A stretch of 64,000 nt of DNA from Candidatus Uhrbacteria bacterium (GCA_016844925.1 JAERTI010000038.1:66936-130935); one strand, 5' to 3'. Counted from the first letter of the stretch, positions 29,513 through 39,856 are shown. Notes: generated from the sequence alone by a model not told the origin. Numbers and translations: made by a program.

Positions 29513-29722
29513 AAACACCCTGTCGAATGACAGGGTGTTTTGTTTGTTAGGAGGGTGGATTTGAACCGAGGGGATGGTAAGGGGAGATATCCCCTTACTT
29601 GCTGGGGGTGACAGCGAGCAAAGCGAGCACCAGAGGGGCGGAAGCCCTTATGGAGAGCCGAAGGCGATGTGAAATATCCGCCCGGTGGCTCCAAAACACC
29701 CTGTCGAATGACAGGGTGTTTT
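29495..29722 (+). repeat. 47-bp direct repeat (tRNA-Thr 3' end plus terminator) flanking a 134-bp insert
   Basis: ATCCGCCCGGTGGCTCCAAAACACCCTGTCGAATGACAGGGTGTTTT at 29495-29541 and 29676-29722. Confidence 0.9.
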
Positions 29723-29783
29723 TGTTTGTAAAAGAAAAAAGAGACCACGGGGGTCTCGGGACACGTCGCGTGTCAGCGATGTG

Positions 29784-30242
29784 TCAGCAGATGCCCTTGG
29801 GCGGGCGAAGGTGGAACCGCAGCTGGTGCGCCAGGAATCGCAGGGACTTCCGGAGCTGGTGAGGGGACTGGATCACCGGCTTGAAGGCCGTGTGAGAGGA
29901 AGTCCGCTCGAGCGGGTTCTGGTAGACGGTGATGGTGATGTTGTCGTCGCCATCGATCTGGACGATCATCCAGTGAAGACGTCGTTCGCTCCATCGCGCC
30001 ATGGGGATTCGTACGGATCCGTCGGGACTCACGCCCACAGAACTGTTGTGCGGGTTTCCGTGAATGGTCGCGCCACAGTTCGTGTGGATGACGGTGTCGT
30101 ACGGGAGCGGGGCGTAGCCCTCGTCCTTCATCTGAAGCTTCTCTCGCGTGGACTCGATCGCACGCCTGAACTCGAGGGTCTGTGCGGGGAGCTTGGAACG
30201 GAACACGCCGATCCGTTTTGCGTCTGCTTGTCCCATTGGCAT
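29784..30242 (-). CDS. Hypothetical protein (cassette class)
   Basis: SD AGGAGG before ATG 30242; promoter TTGACA-N17-TATTCT at 30271-30299; terminator at about 29735-29760. Confidence 0.7.
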   Translation of the reverse strand: MPMGQADAKRIGVFRSKLPAQTLEFRRAIESTREKLQMKDEGYAPLPYDTVIHTNCGATIHGNPHNSSVGVSPDGSVRIPMARWSERRLHWMIVQIDGDDNITITVYQNPLERTSSHTAFKPVIQSPHQLRKSLRFLAHQLRFHLRPPKGIC

Positions 30243-30295
30243 TCGGCCTCCTGTGAAAATCGCACCCGGCAGAATAATCAAAAAGACCGATTTTG

Positions 30296-30571
30296 TCAAT
30301 CGGTCTTTTTGCTTTCTAGATACTTTTTAATCCATCGTTTCTTAAAAAACGGGAGGGATTGTGTTGAGAGGTAGTAGCCAATGGTGGGGATCAGGGCGCC
30401 CAGCCATGGTTGTTCTACGCCGATGCCCCACATCACTGCCGTGGCGATGATGTAGGTAATGATCGTGATGCTGACGATTCGATACGTACTTGTCTCCCAG
30501 GCTTTATCCGCCTCCACACGTTGGTTGCGACGCTGTAGTTCATGAATGTCTTTTGATGTCTGGTCGTTCAT
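30296..30571 (-). CDS. Small 2-TM hypothetical protein
   Basis: RNQRVEADKAWETS followed by two TM; backbone codon usage. Confidence 0.75.
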   Translation of the reverse strand: MNDQTSKDIHELQRRNQRVEADKAWETSTYRIVSITIITYIIATAVMWGIGVEQPWLGALIPTIGYYLSTQSLPFFKKRWIKKYLESKKTD

Positions 30572-30648
30572 AGTACGTTGGTTGACAGGCTTACAAGATT
30601 CAACTTAGATGCCGGTGGACAATTCTGTCAACGACAGAAGGAGGTGAA

Positions 30649-31263
30649 ATGTCCAAAGTGCCTGAGCCAAACGTGTGGACCGACGCAGAGGGCAAGCCCT
30701 TGGGAGAGCGGACGGACATCGTTGGACGCAGGGGGCCGTTGCCATTCTCGCTGGAGACTGGTGCCAGAGCCGAGCAGTTGTACGAGCAGATGCGCACGGC
30801 CGGAGCTTCGTGCAGGGGGATCAGTCTCGGGCACTTCACACGCTTCCCGCCGCCCAACCCGGATCGCTGCGGTGAGTTCGTGGGGCATCTGCTGCAGTTC
30901 CGAGGGAAGCTCGGAACGGGCTACGAGCACAAGGGAGGATGGCTCAGCTTCGATCTTGTCTTGCGTCGCGTCATGGACGAAGGGTACGTTCCGGCTTCCT
31001 GGTCCATGCTCATGGCCTTCATGACCGCCGGGCACGGCAAGTTGATCGAGCGACCTGACTGTTGCAACGTGCTGGCTCTTGTTGAGGACACATCTCCTCT
31101 GATGGAGCCGAAGCTCAGTCTCAATTGCATGTCGTTCGGTCGCGGTTTCGAGGGGCGACTCAGTCTCTCGGGGAGTCCGCCGTTCGGATTCACGACCGGC
31201 GAGATGTGGATGAACGTCACGGAGAACTGGGTCCTGGTCGTCGAGAAGTCGGAGGCCGACTAG
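30649..31263 (+). CDS. Hypothetical protein (cassette class)
   Basis: SD AAGGAGGT; TTGACA at 30582; terminator at about 31272-31298. Confidence 0.75.
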   Translation: MSKVPEPNVWTDAEGKPLGERTDIVGRRGPLPFSLETGARAEQLYEQMRTAGASCRGISLGHFTRFPPPNPDRCGEFVGHLLQFRGKLGTGYEHKGGWLSFDLVLRRVMDEGYVPASWSMLMAFMTAGHGKLIERPDCCNVLALVEDTSPLMEPKLSLNCMSFGRGFEGRLSLSGSPPFGFTTGEMWMNVTENWVLVVEKSEAD

Positions 31264-31353
31264 ACCAACGCGCCGAGCAACACGCTCGGCTTTTTTTGTT
31301 TATAGATGTCCACTTGTGAGAGGTTCTTTCGACGGGTATCATAGAAGCACCGA

Positions 31354-32160
31354 ATGACTATGATACGAATCATTTTTCTTTTTGCCGTCGTCTTAATGAC
31401 GGCCGCGCTCCCGGCGAGCGCTGCAGAGGATTTAGAAACGGTTGTCTCAGTGCAGTTCGATGCCGAGACGATCGTGAAGGGGTACACGCTTGAGTCTGAA
31501 GACCAGCGCATGCGTTTAGGGATTCGTCCTGAGACGCTCAATGTCTCAACGCAGGTGGATATCAAAACCCTTGATCCTTCTTTGATGGGAGACTCCCTTG
31601 AGTCATTCGCAGAAGCACCCGCGGATGTGTTGAGCGAGCGGGTGTTGCTGGGGGAGATTTATCTCTTCGACATTTTGAACAAGAGTAGCTATGACGGAAG
31701 CGACTTCTTCTTTCTTGAGATCAAGTATCCAGAAGAGGAAGAGGAAGACGAGCGGCTTCATGGTCGCCGTCGCATCTACTTTTACAACGGTGTGAGCGGT
31801 GAGTGGGAGGAACTCCCGAGTACGGACAGTCCAGAAAATGGTTCTGTGCGCGCGCTGATTCATCTGCCGTACGCACGCTTGGCGATTTTTGAAGATCAGA
31901 TTCCTGAGGTGGGCGAGGCAAGTTGGTATGCCTACAAGGGGTGTGATTGTGCCGCTTCTCCGGATTATCCAAAGGGAACATATCTTGTTGTCACACGCGT
32001 GAATGATCCGGAATCAAGTGTGACGGTGGTGGTGAATGACTATGGCCCTGAGAGGGATGTGCATCCAAATCGTATTATCGATCTAGACCTTGTGGCCTTT
32101 GAGAAACTTGTACCGCGGACCTGGGGGCTTGTGGATGTCCGTGTAACATTATTGCAATGA
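31354..32160 (+). CDS. Secreted protein with C-terminal RlpA-like DPBB domain
   Basis: GEASWY, AAS, VVVNDYGP, RIIDL..AF. Confidence 0.82.
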   Translation: MTMIRIIFLFAVVLMTAALPASAAEDLETVVSVQFDAETIVKGYTLESEDQRMRLGIRPETLNVSTQVDIKTLDPSLMGDSLESFAEAPADVLSERVLLGEIYLFDILNKSSYDGSDFFFLEIKYPEEEEEDERLHGRRRIYFYNGVSGEWEELPSTDSPENGSVRALIHLPYARLAIFEDQIPEVGEASWYAYKGCDCAASPDYPKGTYLVVTRVNDPESSVTVVVNDYGPERDVHPNRIIDLDLVAFEKLVPRTWGLVDVRVTLLQ

Positions 32161-32837
32161 TTCGACTCAAAAAAGTTTCAAAAACGTACCACCCCAATGT
32201 TGTTGGTGTGAAGGGGGTGAGCCTGCATATTCCTGCAGGTGAGTTTGTTTCTATCGTGGGAAAGAGTGGAACAGGGAAGTCGACGCTCGCAAAGTTGCTG
32301 TTTGCTGAAGAGAGGCCTTCCTCAGGGGTGATTGAGATTGGTGGTTGGGATATTACGCACATTCATAACCGAGACATTCCGCTTCTGCGACGGCAAATCG
32401 GTGTGGTATTCCAGGATTTCAAGCTGCTCCCGCAAAAAACTGTGTATGAGAACGTGGCGTTTGCCCTTCAGGTGGGGGGTGCTAAGCCTCGACGTATTCG
32501 CGAGGTCGTGCCGAAGGTGCTTGAGATTGTTGGTCTTCACGAGAAAGCCAGCCGTTATCCACGCCAGCTCTCCGGTGGTGAGCAGCAGCGTGTAGCCATT
32601 GCTCGTGCGCTTGTGCACTCACCGAAGGTATTGGTGGCTGATGAGCCTACGGGGAATCTCGACACACTTAATACACGCGAGATCGTAGACCTGCTGCAAA
32701 AGATTAATGAGTTTGGAACAACGGTCTGTTTGGTGACACATGATCGCGAGGTGGTGAATCGGCTCAAGCGTCGTGTGATAACGCTTGAGGACGGAAAAGT
32801 GGCTTCAGACGTTGAACAAGGGAGATATAAACTATGA
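32157..32837 (+). CDS. ftsE: Cell division ABC ATPase FtsE
   Basis: [31 protein letters not shown]; adjacent to ftsX. Confidence 0.95.
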   Translation: MIRLKKVSKTYHPNVVGVKGVSLHIPAGEFVSIVGKSGTGKSTLAKLLFAEERPSSGVIEIGGWDITHIHNRDIPLLRRQIGVVFQDFKLLPQKTVYENVAFALQVGGAKPRRIREVVPKVLEIVGLHEKASRYPRQLSGGEQQRVAIARALVHSPKVLVADEPTGNLDTLNTREIVDLLQKINEFGTTVCLVTHDREVVNRLKRRVITLEDGKVASDVEQGRYKL

Positions 32838-33748
32838 TTGTTTCTTCATTCCGCGTCACAAAATTTGCGTTTCAAAACTTCTGGAGAAATTTTTGGTTGT
32901 CCGTGATTACGGTGAGCATGCTGGTCATGACTCTCATCACCATCAATATTTTGTTGGTGTTGAACGTGGTGACTGAGGAGGCGATTTCTTTGGTGGAGGA
33001 TCGAATCGAAGTGTCTGTTTACTTTCATGACTACGTTGATGAGGCAACGGTGGGAGGAGCCGTGGAATACTTGAGAGACCTGGCCCAAGTGCGGGATGTG
33101 GAGACGATTAGTGCCGATGAGGCGTACGAGCAGTTTGTCGAACGTCACAGTGATGATGAGGACATTATGGCGTCGCTTGATGAGCTTGGGGGCAATCCCT
33201 TTGGTCCAACACTGGTAGTGAAAGCAAATTCGGCAGAAGATTTTGAGTTGATTATCGATGCACTCGACAACCCGCAGTTCCGAGACGATATTCGAGAGAA
33301 AGACTTCTCTGATTATCAGGAGATCGTGGATCGGATCCGTGGAACCACGGATCAGATTGCGACGTTTGGTATTGCCCTGACAGGGATCTTTCTGCTGATT
33401 GCTATCATGATCGTCTTTAACACCGTCCGTATCGGGATCTTCATTCACCGTGAGGAGATCGGCATCATGCGCCTTGTGGGAGCGAGTAACTGGTTTATCA
33501 AAGCACCGTTCCACTTAGAGATGATGTTCTTGAGTCTCTTGGCTGTCGGTATCGCCGCTGGAATCGTGTTCCCTGTGGTGAATATTCTTGAGCCAAAGTT
33601 TAGTGTGTACTTTGGCACGCAAGGGGCAGGCATCGCCGAGTTCTTTATGGAAAACGGCCTCTGGATTTTTGGAGGGCAGTTCTTGATCCTGGCAGTCGTG
33701 ACCATTATTTCTACATCCATGGCCATGAGGAAGTATCTCAAGGTATGA
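32834..33748 (+). CDS. ftsX: Cell division permease FtsX
   Basis: [29 protein letters not shown]. Confidence 0.93.
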   Translation: MIVSSFRVTKFAFQNFWRNFWLSVITVSMLVMTLITINILLVLNVVTEEAISLVEDRIEVSVYFHDYVDEATVGGAVEYLRDLAQVRDVETISADEAYEQFVERHSDDEDIMASLDELGGNPFGPTLVVKANSAEDFELIIDALDNPQFRDDIREKDFSDYQEIVDRIRGTTDQIATFGIALTGIFLLIAIMIVFNTVRIGIFIHREEIGIMRLVGASNWFIKAPFHLEMMFLSLLAVGIAAGIVFPVVNILEPKFSVYFGTQGAGIAEFFMENGLWIFGGQFLILAVVTIISTSMAMRKYLKV

Positions 33749-35331
33749 AGAACGTCAATCTCGTTTTAGCATTCATTGCCGCCGCATTCTTCGGAGTGTT
33801 GGCGGCTCTTGTTTATACAAAGTTTTTTTTCGAGCCTGACCAGCAGATCCTTGATTCTTCTGCACAGCAGGAGGTTGACCTTGATCAAGTTTGGGAGGCG
33901 GGTGTCCGTGCTGAACTTTTTAGCTATACAGCGCATGGGCAAACCTACGTTAGCTCGGGGACGGCTGAGATTCAGTGGCAGGTACCACAGTGGTCCGTTG
34001 ATCATTATGTTGTCTCTGCGATCGACGGAGTGAGCGACATGGAGACACGCGTTCGTGTCGAGCAGATGTCAGCACGTTTTGATGGGCTGAAGTCAGACAC
34101 AGAGTATACGTTCACCGTTACGGCCTGCGGGGTCTCGGATTGTTCCGATGGTGTTGAATCTGAGGAAGTGGAGATCCGAACAGGGGAGGAGTACTGGCAA
34201 ATTGAAGGTGAGGGAGCAAGTTATGAAGATGCGGTTGAGGTGGTTGAGCACGGATCGACGCTCTCATACGTACTGCCGTATGGAGATTGGGCACCAGCAG
34301 ACCTTCAGGGGGTCGTGAAGTACTACTACAATGCCATGCCTTCACCTGGGCAGGGGTTCGAGGGAGGAATTCGTGTGGCTGCCTCAGATGAGGGGTACGA
34401 TGTGTTTGAAGATGTGAAAGCGCTCTTTTTGCGGGAATGTCATGAGATGGGTCAGCAGGGCGCCGAGTGCCCGGAGCAGCTGCTTGAAATGTTTGCCTTT
34501 CAGGTGGTGCCATTGATGTCAGGAAAGGTTCGATTGTTTTTCGAAGCTAGTTCGCCTGCAGATGAGGATCATCTAACACGAATCTATTCGCTCGATAGTC
34601 AGGATGGCTATGAGGGGGAGGATTTCAATCGCGCAGTTGATTCAGATGTCTGTGGCGACGGTGAGCAGTGGGACCTTATTGAGGATGGTGACTGTGAACC
34701 TGAGCTTCTTATTGGATCAGAGGAGGCGGGGGAGCGTTCATGGTTGAATCAGGCGCGTCAGCACAAGATTGGGTACCCAAAGATGGATTCCTGGCTTTGG
34801 GATGAAGCCCCTGGCACGTTTATGATTGTGACGGGCGAGGATGAATGTGGGTATACGCGCGATGGGTTGTTTTATGCCGTGTGGGACGGAAGCGATTGGC
34901 TGGTTGAGCAGGAAGACGGATGCGCCACGCCACTGGTAAGTGCGGGGCATGGCCCGGTTGTCGTGCATATGGGGGAGGCGAGGTACAAAGTCTATTACGA
35001 GATGTACGATTATGTCAGTGGCAATGAGGGGGCGTGGGAATCCAAGCCAACACAGGTATTGTATGCCGATGGTCTGCGCACAGGTGATGAGAATGTCGTC
35101 GAGCTTGCTGATTGGGAGGATGAAGATCTGGCGCGCGAGATTCATTTCCTTTGGCCTGACGGCACGCTGCTTACAGATGATGAGGAAGCCGGCCTAGGAG
35201 ATCATGTGATTTGGTTGCCAGAACAGTCACTGGAGGAACAGGTGATGTATATGAATCTTGGGGGGTTTGATAATCCAGATTGGAAGAAGGCCTCGGCAGG
35301 ATTGGGGATGGCAAGGTTGGTGAATCCGTAG
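33745..35331 (+). CDS. Membrane-anchored acidic protein with fibronectin type III domain
   Basis: N-terminal TM; GLKSDTEYTFTVTA FN3 motif. Confidence 0.75.
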   Translation: MKNVNLVLAFIAAAFFGVLAALVYTKFFFEPDQQILDSSAQQEVDLDQVWEAGVRAELFSYTAHGQTYVSSGTAEIQWQVPQWSVDHYVVSAIDGVSDMETRVRVEQMSARFDGLKSDTEYTFTVTACGVSDCSDGVESEEVEIRTGEEYWQIEGEGASYEDAVEVVEHGSTLSYVLPYGDWAPADLQGVVKYYYNAMPSPGQGFEGGIRVAASDEGYDVFEDVKALFLRECHEMGQQGAECPEQLLEMFAFQVVPLMSGKVRLFFEASSPADEDHLTRIYSLDSQDGYEGEDFNRAVDSDVCGDGEQWDLIEDGDCEPELLIGSEEAGERSWLNQARQHKIGYPKMDSWLWDEAPGTFMIVTGEDECGYTRDGLFYAVWDGSDWLVEQEDGCATPLVSAGHGPVVVHMGEARYKVYYEMYDYVSGNEGAWESKPTQVLYADGLRTGDENVVELADWEDEDLAREIHFLWPDGTLLTDDEEAGLGDHVIWLPEQSLEEQVMYMNLGGFDNPDWKKASAGLGMARLVNP

Positions 35332-35375
35332 CGGGAATGATAGAATTTTGGTAATGATTTTTAACGTGCGTGTGT

Positions 35376-36008
35376 ATGTTTGGCGAGAGAAGTCGAGGGG
35401 ACCGAGGACCGTCTCCTGAAGAGAGAAAAAGAGATGTCGCTAGAAAGTTAGGTGATTCAATGAAGAATCTTGATGTTAATCTTTTTCGAAGTAAGGCTCA
35501 CTTGGGTGATTTCTCCAAGGTTGATATTGGGGAGATTGATGACTTGATGAAGTTGTTGGGGGAGGTGAAGATGCATGCGGAGGCAGACGCGGTGAATGCT
35601 GAGATAGGTGAAAAGGAGGCAAGGAAGCTGCGCGAGACAATGGAGGGTACAGAGCGGGGGCAGCAGATTTTACGTCTTCGTGAAGTGATTGAGGATGAAC
35701 TCGATACAGAGTTTTTTGGACCCAAAGAGCAGGGGCTTGCCAAGTATCGGATCATGAATGACATGCCCGGGATTATTGATGGGGAAGAGGTGTATCTTTC
35801 AGATGTGTTGTCAGAGATGGAAATAGGGCACTTGGGAATTCATGGTGATCAGGGCGATCATGATTATGGTGGATATAAAACTACGGTTAAAGTTCGGCTT
35901 AATGAGACCGGTGATGGAGTCTATCTAGATTATGAAGGAGGTGAGATGGACGATGCCGGCCGGGCTGAGCTTGAAGGCTTGATTAAAAAGACGATTGATC
36001 AAGCATAG
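35376..36008 (+). CDS. Hypothetical charged protein
   Basis: ORF followed by terminator at 36022-36050. Confidence 0.7.
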   Translation: MFGERSRGDRGPSPEERKRDVARKLGDSMKNLDVNLFRSKAHLGDFSKVDIGEIDDLMKLLGEVKMHAEADAVNAEIGEKEARKLRETMEGTERGQQILRLREVIEDELDTEFFGPKEQGLAKYRIMNDMPGIIDGEEVYLSDVLSEMEIGHLGIHGDQGDHDYGGYKTTVKVRLNETGDGVYLDYEGGEMDDAGRAELEGLIKKTIDQA

Positions 36009-36169
36009 ATTGATTGTCAGTAAACACCCGCCAGACGGCGGGTGTTTTTTACTTTAAGGGAAATGTATCAAGTTTAAAAAAGAAACACCCGCCAGCCAAC
36101 GAGTCACCCGGAAGGAGTTTCTCGCTGACGGCGGGTCAGCTGTGGGACGTGTTCCCGTGATGTGAGGTG

Positions 36170-37018
36170 TCAGGCCAGGAGTGGCCTCAGTGCCTCTTCG
36201 ATGTTGTTCTGGTACGCAGGGGAGCGCAGGAGGTTGTCGACATCGGGGAAGTCGATCTCCATGCGGCTGCTGAAGGTCAGGTGCCCACCGTTCACTTCGA
36301 TCATCTCGTTCACGAGCTGAGCGAGGCGGGGATGGATGTGGACTTCGAGGTTGCTCACAGCTTCCTCGAACGCGCCTTCCTTTCCACCGAATTCCTTCTC
36401 GATGTCGCGGAGCTTCTTGTGGGTCTTGCCCTTGCTGCTGAGATCCTTGGTGACGAAAGAGGCATACCGGAAGGCCGTGCGGACGGCATCCTTCCCCTTG
36501 TACACCGCGATCAGAAGGAAGATGATGTCGGCGATGGGGTTCAGGGCCAGGAAGATGCCAATGAGGCCAACGATCACCGTCGAGGCAGCCTCTGCACTCT
36601 GATCAGCTGCCTGCGCTTTGTTCGCGTGAATCTCCGCGAACTCCTTCTCGGCTGGACCCGCCACTTCCTCACGAGACCTTGTCTTGGCCGCGGAGAAGGC
36701 AGCTCCGAACTCGTTGTTGAGTCGGTGGGCCAGGAGCTCGGGGTCCATGTCGTCACGACCGGCGATCATCACCAGACGTGGCTTCACGAGGATTCCCGAG
36801 CGGAGGCTCTTGAGCGCAGCCTCGAAGTCGAATTCGAGGATGTAGTCGTCGGGGTTCGGGCCCGTGGGAAGTAGGAATCCGGGGATCTCGACTTCCGTGA
36901 ACAGTCGTCCGAAGGTCGCTTCGTTCACACCCGAGACGAGGTTGCCCGCGCTGTCAGCTGCGGCTTTTGCGGCATCGGTGACGGCACCTGCAGCCCCTCT
37001 GAGCTTTCTCAGAATCAT
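36170..37018 (-). CDS. Hypothetical protein with central hydrophobic hairpin (cassette class)
   Basis: SD GGAGG before ATG 37018; promoter TTGACA-N17-TATCTT at 37064-37092. Confidence 0.75.
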   Translation of the reverse strand: MILRKLRGAAGAVTDAAKAAADSAGNLVSGVNEATFGRLFTEVEIPGFLLPTGPNPDDYILEFDFEAALKSLRSGILVKPRLVMIAGRDDMDPELLAHRLNNEFGAAFSAAKTRSREEVAGPAEKEFAEIHANKAQAADQSAEAASTVIVGLIGIFLALNPIADIIFLLIAVYKGKDAVRTAFRYASFVTKDLSSKGKTHKKLRDIEKEFGGKEGAFEEAVSNLEVHIHPRLAQLVNEMIEVNGGHLTFSSRMEIDFPDVDNLLRSPAYQNNIEEALRPLLA

Positions 37019-37169
37019 TTCGCTTTCCTCCAGATGATGGTTGCCAGAAGGCAGCAACGACAGAAGATACATGAAAAAGGGCATTTTGTCAATGCAGAGC
37101 GGGTGTTTTGTTTGGTGGGATGGGTTGTCGAGAATGGAGGAATCGACTATGATATTGCCGTCGTGATCC

Positions 37170-37243
37170 TCCCGGGTCGTCTAAAGGCAGGACATCTGGT
37201 TTTGGTCCAGAGAATCGGGGTTCGAATCCCTGCCCGGGAACCA
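37170..37243 (+). tRNA. tRNA-Gln(UUG)
   Basis: TCCCGGG/CCCGGGA acceptor stem, loop TTTTGGT, GGTTCGAATCC, CCA. Confidence 0.93.
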
Positions 37244-37338
37244 CATAAAACCACCAGTGCATTCTGGTGGTTTTATGTTTTGAGGGTAAACAAGAATCCC
37301 GCCCAGAGACAGGATTCTCTGCGCGGGGGCGCGGCCGA

Positions 37339-37644
37339 TTAGCCCTCGGCGGGGGTTTGGGTCAGCGTGGGGTTCGACTCCAGGGTGAAGGCCCATTCTA
37401 GGACTCCGATGGTCTCCTGGGCTTTCTCCCAGTCACGAGCCTGTGCGAAGCGTTCGATGGCTTGTGCATGTCCGGTGATGTCATGGGCGGGGTTGCCGAC
37501 CAGCATCTCCATGCGCCTGGTGGCCATGATCAGCTTCCAGGAGTCTTGAGCGCACGTGGCGTTTTTCATCTGTCCGATGAGATCCTCTCCCTCTGGCTTG
37601 AACGCAGGTGTGCGCTTGCTGGCGAGGGATGGGCGGCTCGACAT
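37339..37644 (-). CDS. Hypothetical 101-aa protein (cassette class)
   Basis: SD AAGGAGG before ATG 37644; promoter TTGACA-N17-TATCTT at 37676-37704, inside the murI 3' end. Confidence 0.7.
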   Translation of the reverse strand: MSSRPSLASKRTPAFKPEGEDLIGQMKNATCAQDSWKLIMATRRMEMLVGNPAHDITGHAQAIERFAQARDWEKAQETIGVLEWAFTLESNPTLTQTPAEG

Positions 37645-37660
37645 CTGTCCTCCTTCTTGG

Positions 37661-38476
37661 TTAGACGGACCCACCAAGATAGTCGAGCGTGTGCCAATTG
37701 TCAATCGTGTCGCCGTAGAACGTTGAGGCGAGGGAATGGAGATCTTTGCCCGTGGTGAAGTAGCGGCGCGCGCTGTTTTGGTCGATGCGTTCTAACATCT
37801 CTGGATGGCGCTCCAAGTAGTCTGCAAGGCTCTTTGCGACGATGCTTCCTTGGCTTAGTAGTTTCACGTGTTCAGGGTGGTGTTTGCTGAAGAGGTCTTC
37901 GATCAGGGGGTAGTGCGTGCATCCTAAAAGAATACTGGTGATCGAGGGGGCCTTGGCAATGAGCTCGTCGGTAAAGTGTTTGGCGAGCTGGTTGCAGTTT
38001 TCCCCTTCGTGGCGTCCAGCTTCGATCAGGTCGGTGAGTCCTGGGCACGCGAGTTGTTCAACACGGACGGATGGATTGAGTTTTTTTAGCTCTTCGACGT
38101 AAGCCTCGCTCTCTACCGTCGCTGGTGTGGCGAAGATTCCCACATCGGTTCCGTTTTGTGCGAGTTGTTCTGCAGCAGGACGAATGACACCTAGAACACG
38201 CCTGTCAGGAAATTCCTCAGGGAGTACTTCTTTTTGAATACGACTCAAGGCTTGTGCACTCGCGGTGTTGCAGGCCAGGATTACCAATGGGCAGCCTTGT
38301 TCAAACAAAAATCGTACGCCCTCGAGGGTGTACTGGTAGATTTCTTCTTGAGAGCGAACGCCGTAGGGGGCACGTGCGTTGTCGCCGAGGTAGATGGTTG
38401 AAAGATTCGGCAGGTGCTGATGAATGGGCTGTAGAACCGTGAGACCACCGAATCCTGAATCGAAAATACCTAACAT
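37661..38476 (-). CDS. murI: Glutamate racemase
   Basis: FDSGFGG, ACNTAS, LGCTHY. Confidence 0.96.
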   Translation of the reverse strand: MLGIFDSGFGGLTVLQPIHQHLPNLSTIYLGDNARAPYGVRSQEEIYQYTLEGVRFLFEQGCPLVILACNTASAQALSRIQKEVLPEEFPDRRVLGVIRPAAEQLAQNGTDVGIFATPATVESEAYVEELKKLNPSVRVEQLACPGLTDLIEAGRHEGENCNQLAKHFTDELIAKAPSITSILLGCTHYPLIEDLFSKHHPEHVKLLSQGSIVAKSLADYLERHPEMLERIDQNSARRYFTTGKDLHSLASTFYGDTIDNWHTLDYLGGSV

Positions 38477-38562
38477 GTACGGACAGTAAACCAGGATCTT
38501 GGCGTGCTGTCGACAGTCGGCTTTTGCTGTGGCACCATAGGGGAAGAATTAATGAGAAACCT

Positions 38563-38988
38563 ATGGTGAGACGAGGTGGTGAACAGATGAGTCGAGACGA
38601 GCTGAATCGTCAGCTTCTGGAGAGGATGCAGGCTCAGCGAGATACGGAAAAACCTAAGCCGAAGGCTGAGAAACCACGACGTCCTTCCATTGCTGAACGT
38701 TTAGCTGCTCGCATGAGAGAGTTGGATGCGGCAAAGCAGAGCCCTGCAGAATCTCGTGACAAGCCAGTGAGACAAGTTGAGACACCTGAAGACAAAAATC
38801 GTACACGCTTAAGGCGGGAGATAGGTCAGATTGAGGGTCAGATAGCTCAAACGCAACAGCGACTCGATAGAGCTCGCCGCAGGAGAGATTCACACAAAGA
38901 AGATTGGTACAAAGGATTGATGCAGACCCTTGAGGATCGAAAAGCACGGACACAAAAACAACTAGATTCATTAACAGACGCTGAATAA
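38563..38988 (+). CDS. Hypothetical basic coiled-coil protein
   Basis: R/E/Q/K-rich ORF; start uncertain (38563 or 38587). Confidence 0.65.
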   Translation: MVRRGGEQMSRDELNRQLLERMQAQRDTEKPKPKAEKPRRPSIAERLAARMRELDAAKQSPAESRDKPVRQVETPEDKNRTRLRREIGQIEGQIAQTQQRLDRARRRRDSHKEDWYKGLMQTLEDRKARTQKQLDSLTDAE

Positions 38989-38999
38989 GCGGCATACGT

Positions 39000-39497
39000 A
39001 TGGCAAAACCAACGGGACTATTTATTGGAAGTTTTCAGCCCTACCACATCGGGCATCATCTCGTTATTCAAGGGATGACAAAGTTGTGTGGCAAGGTGGT
39101 GATCGCGATCGGGAGCTCAGAGAAGTCTGGGACGCCCGAGCATCCATTTACCGCACAGGAGCGCAAAGAGATGATTCAGGCAGCGCTTCAGGACGAGGAT
39201 ATTATTCCGATGTTCGATATCGTCTTCATCGAGGTGCCTGATATGGATGATGATGGCGCTTGGGCAGATCATGTATTGGAGAAGGCTGGAGAGGTGGATG
39301 TTGTTTGGTCAGGGGACGAGTCTACTCAGAAGTGTTTTGAAGGAAAGAAAGAGATCAAGGAGATCAAGGAGGTGCCAGGCATTAGTGCCACGGGCATTCG
39401 AGAACAGATTAAAGTTGACGGCGACTGGCGCGACAAGGTGCCTGCAGCTGTTGTAAAAGCGATGAGCGACCTTGGTGGGCGCAAGCGCATGGGCTAG
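39000..39497 (+). CDS. NMN adenylyltransferase (NadM-like)
   Basis: IGSFQPYHIGH, PFTAQER, ISATGIR. Confidence 0.85.
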   Translation: MAKPTGLFIGSFQPYHIGHHLVIQGMTKLCGKVVIAIGSSEKSGTPEHPFTAQERKEMIQAALQDEDIIPMFDIVFIEVPDMDDDGAWADHVLEKAGEVDVVWSGDESTQKCFEGKKEIKEIKEVPGISATGIREQIKVDGDWRDKVPAAVVKAMSDLGGRKRMG

Positions 39498-39499
39498 AC

Positions 39500-39811
39500 A
39501 TGAAACGTTTTGTGCTTCACATCTTGATGATGACACTCTTGCTCGGGCCTGCTATGGCTCCGGTGGGTGTTCATGCATCTATGGATATGGGGGATCATGC
39601 CCCGACCATGCATGATTGTTTGAAGCACTGTTTCGAGGTGATGCAAGCGCAGGCGCAGGAACAGGCCGTTCTTGGAAAGGTGTTGGTATTGGAGAGCGAA
39701 GCGACAGTTTCGTTTCATGTCAGTGTGCCTCGAGATGGTCATCTAGTGACGGCTGATGCTTTTGATCAAAGTGACCCGCGGCAAATACTGACAACCCAAA
39801 AACGCGAGTAA
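39500..39811 (+). CDS. Small secreted His/Met/Cys protein upstream of copper genes
   Basis: Signal peptide; MGDH..MHDCLKHC. Confidence 0.6.
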   Translation: MKRFVLHILMMTLLLGPAMAPVGVHASMDMGDHAPTMHDCLKHCFEVMQAQAQEQAVLGKVLVLESEATVSFHVSVPRDGHLVTADAFDQSDPRQILTTQKRE

Positions 39812-39856
39812 ACAAACGCAAGGTTTCGAATTCTTTATTCACCTTGTGTTTTTGTT

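Noticed and set aside
36083-36136. SRP (4.5S) RNA suggested by CCGGAAGG
   Set aside because: Lacks the CAGG/AGCA internal loop and is too short; its position fits a terminator.
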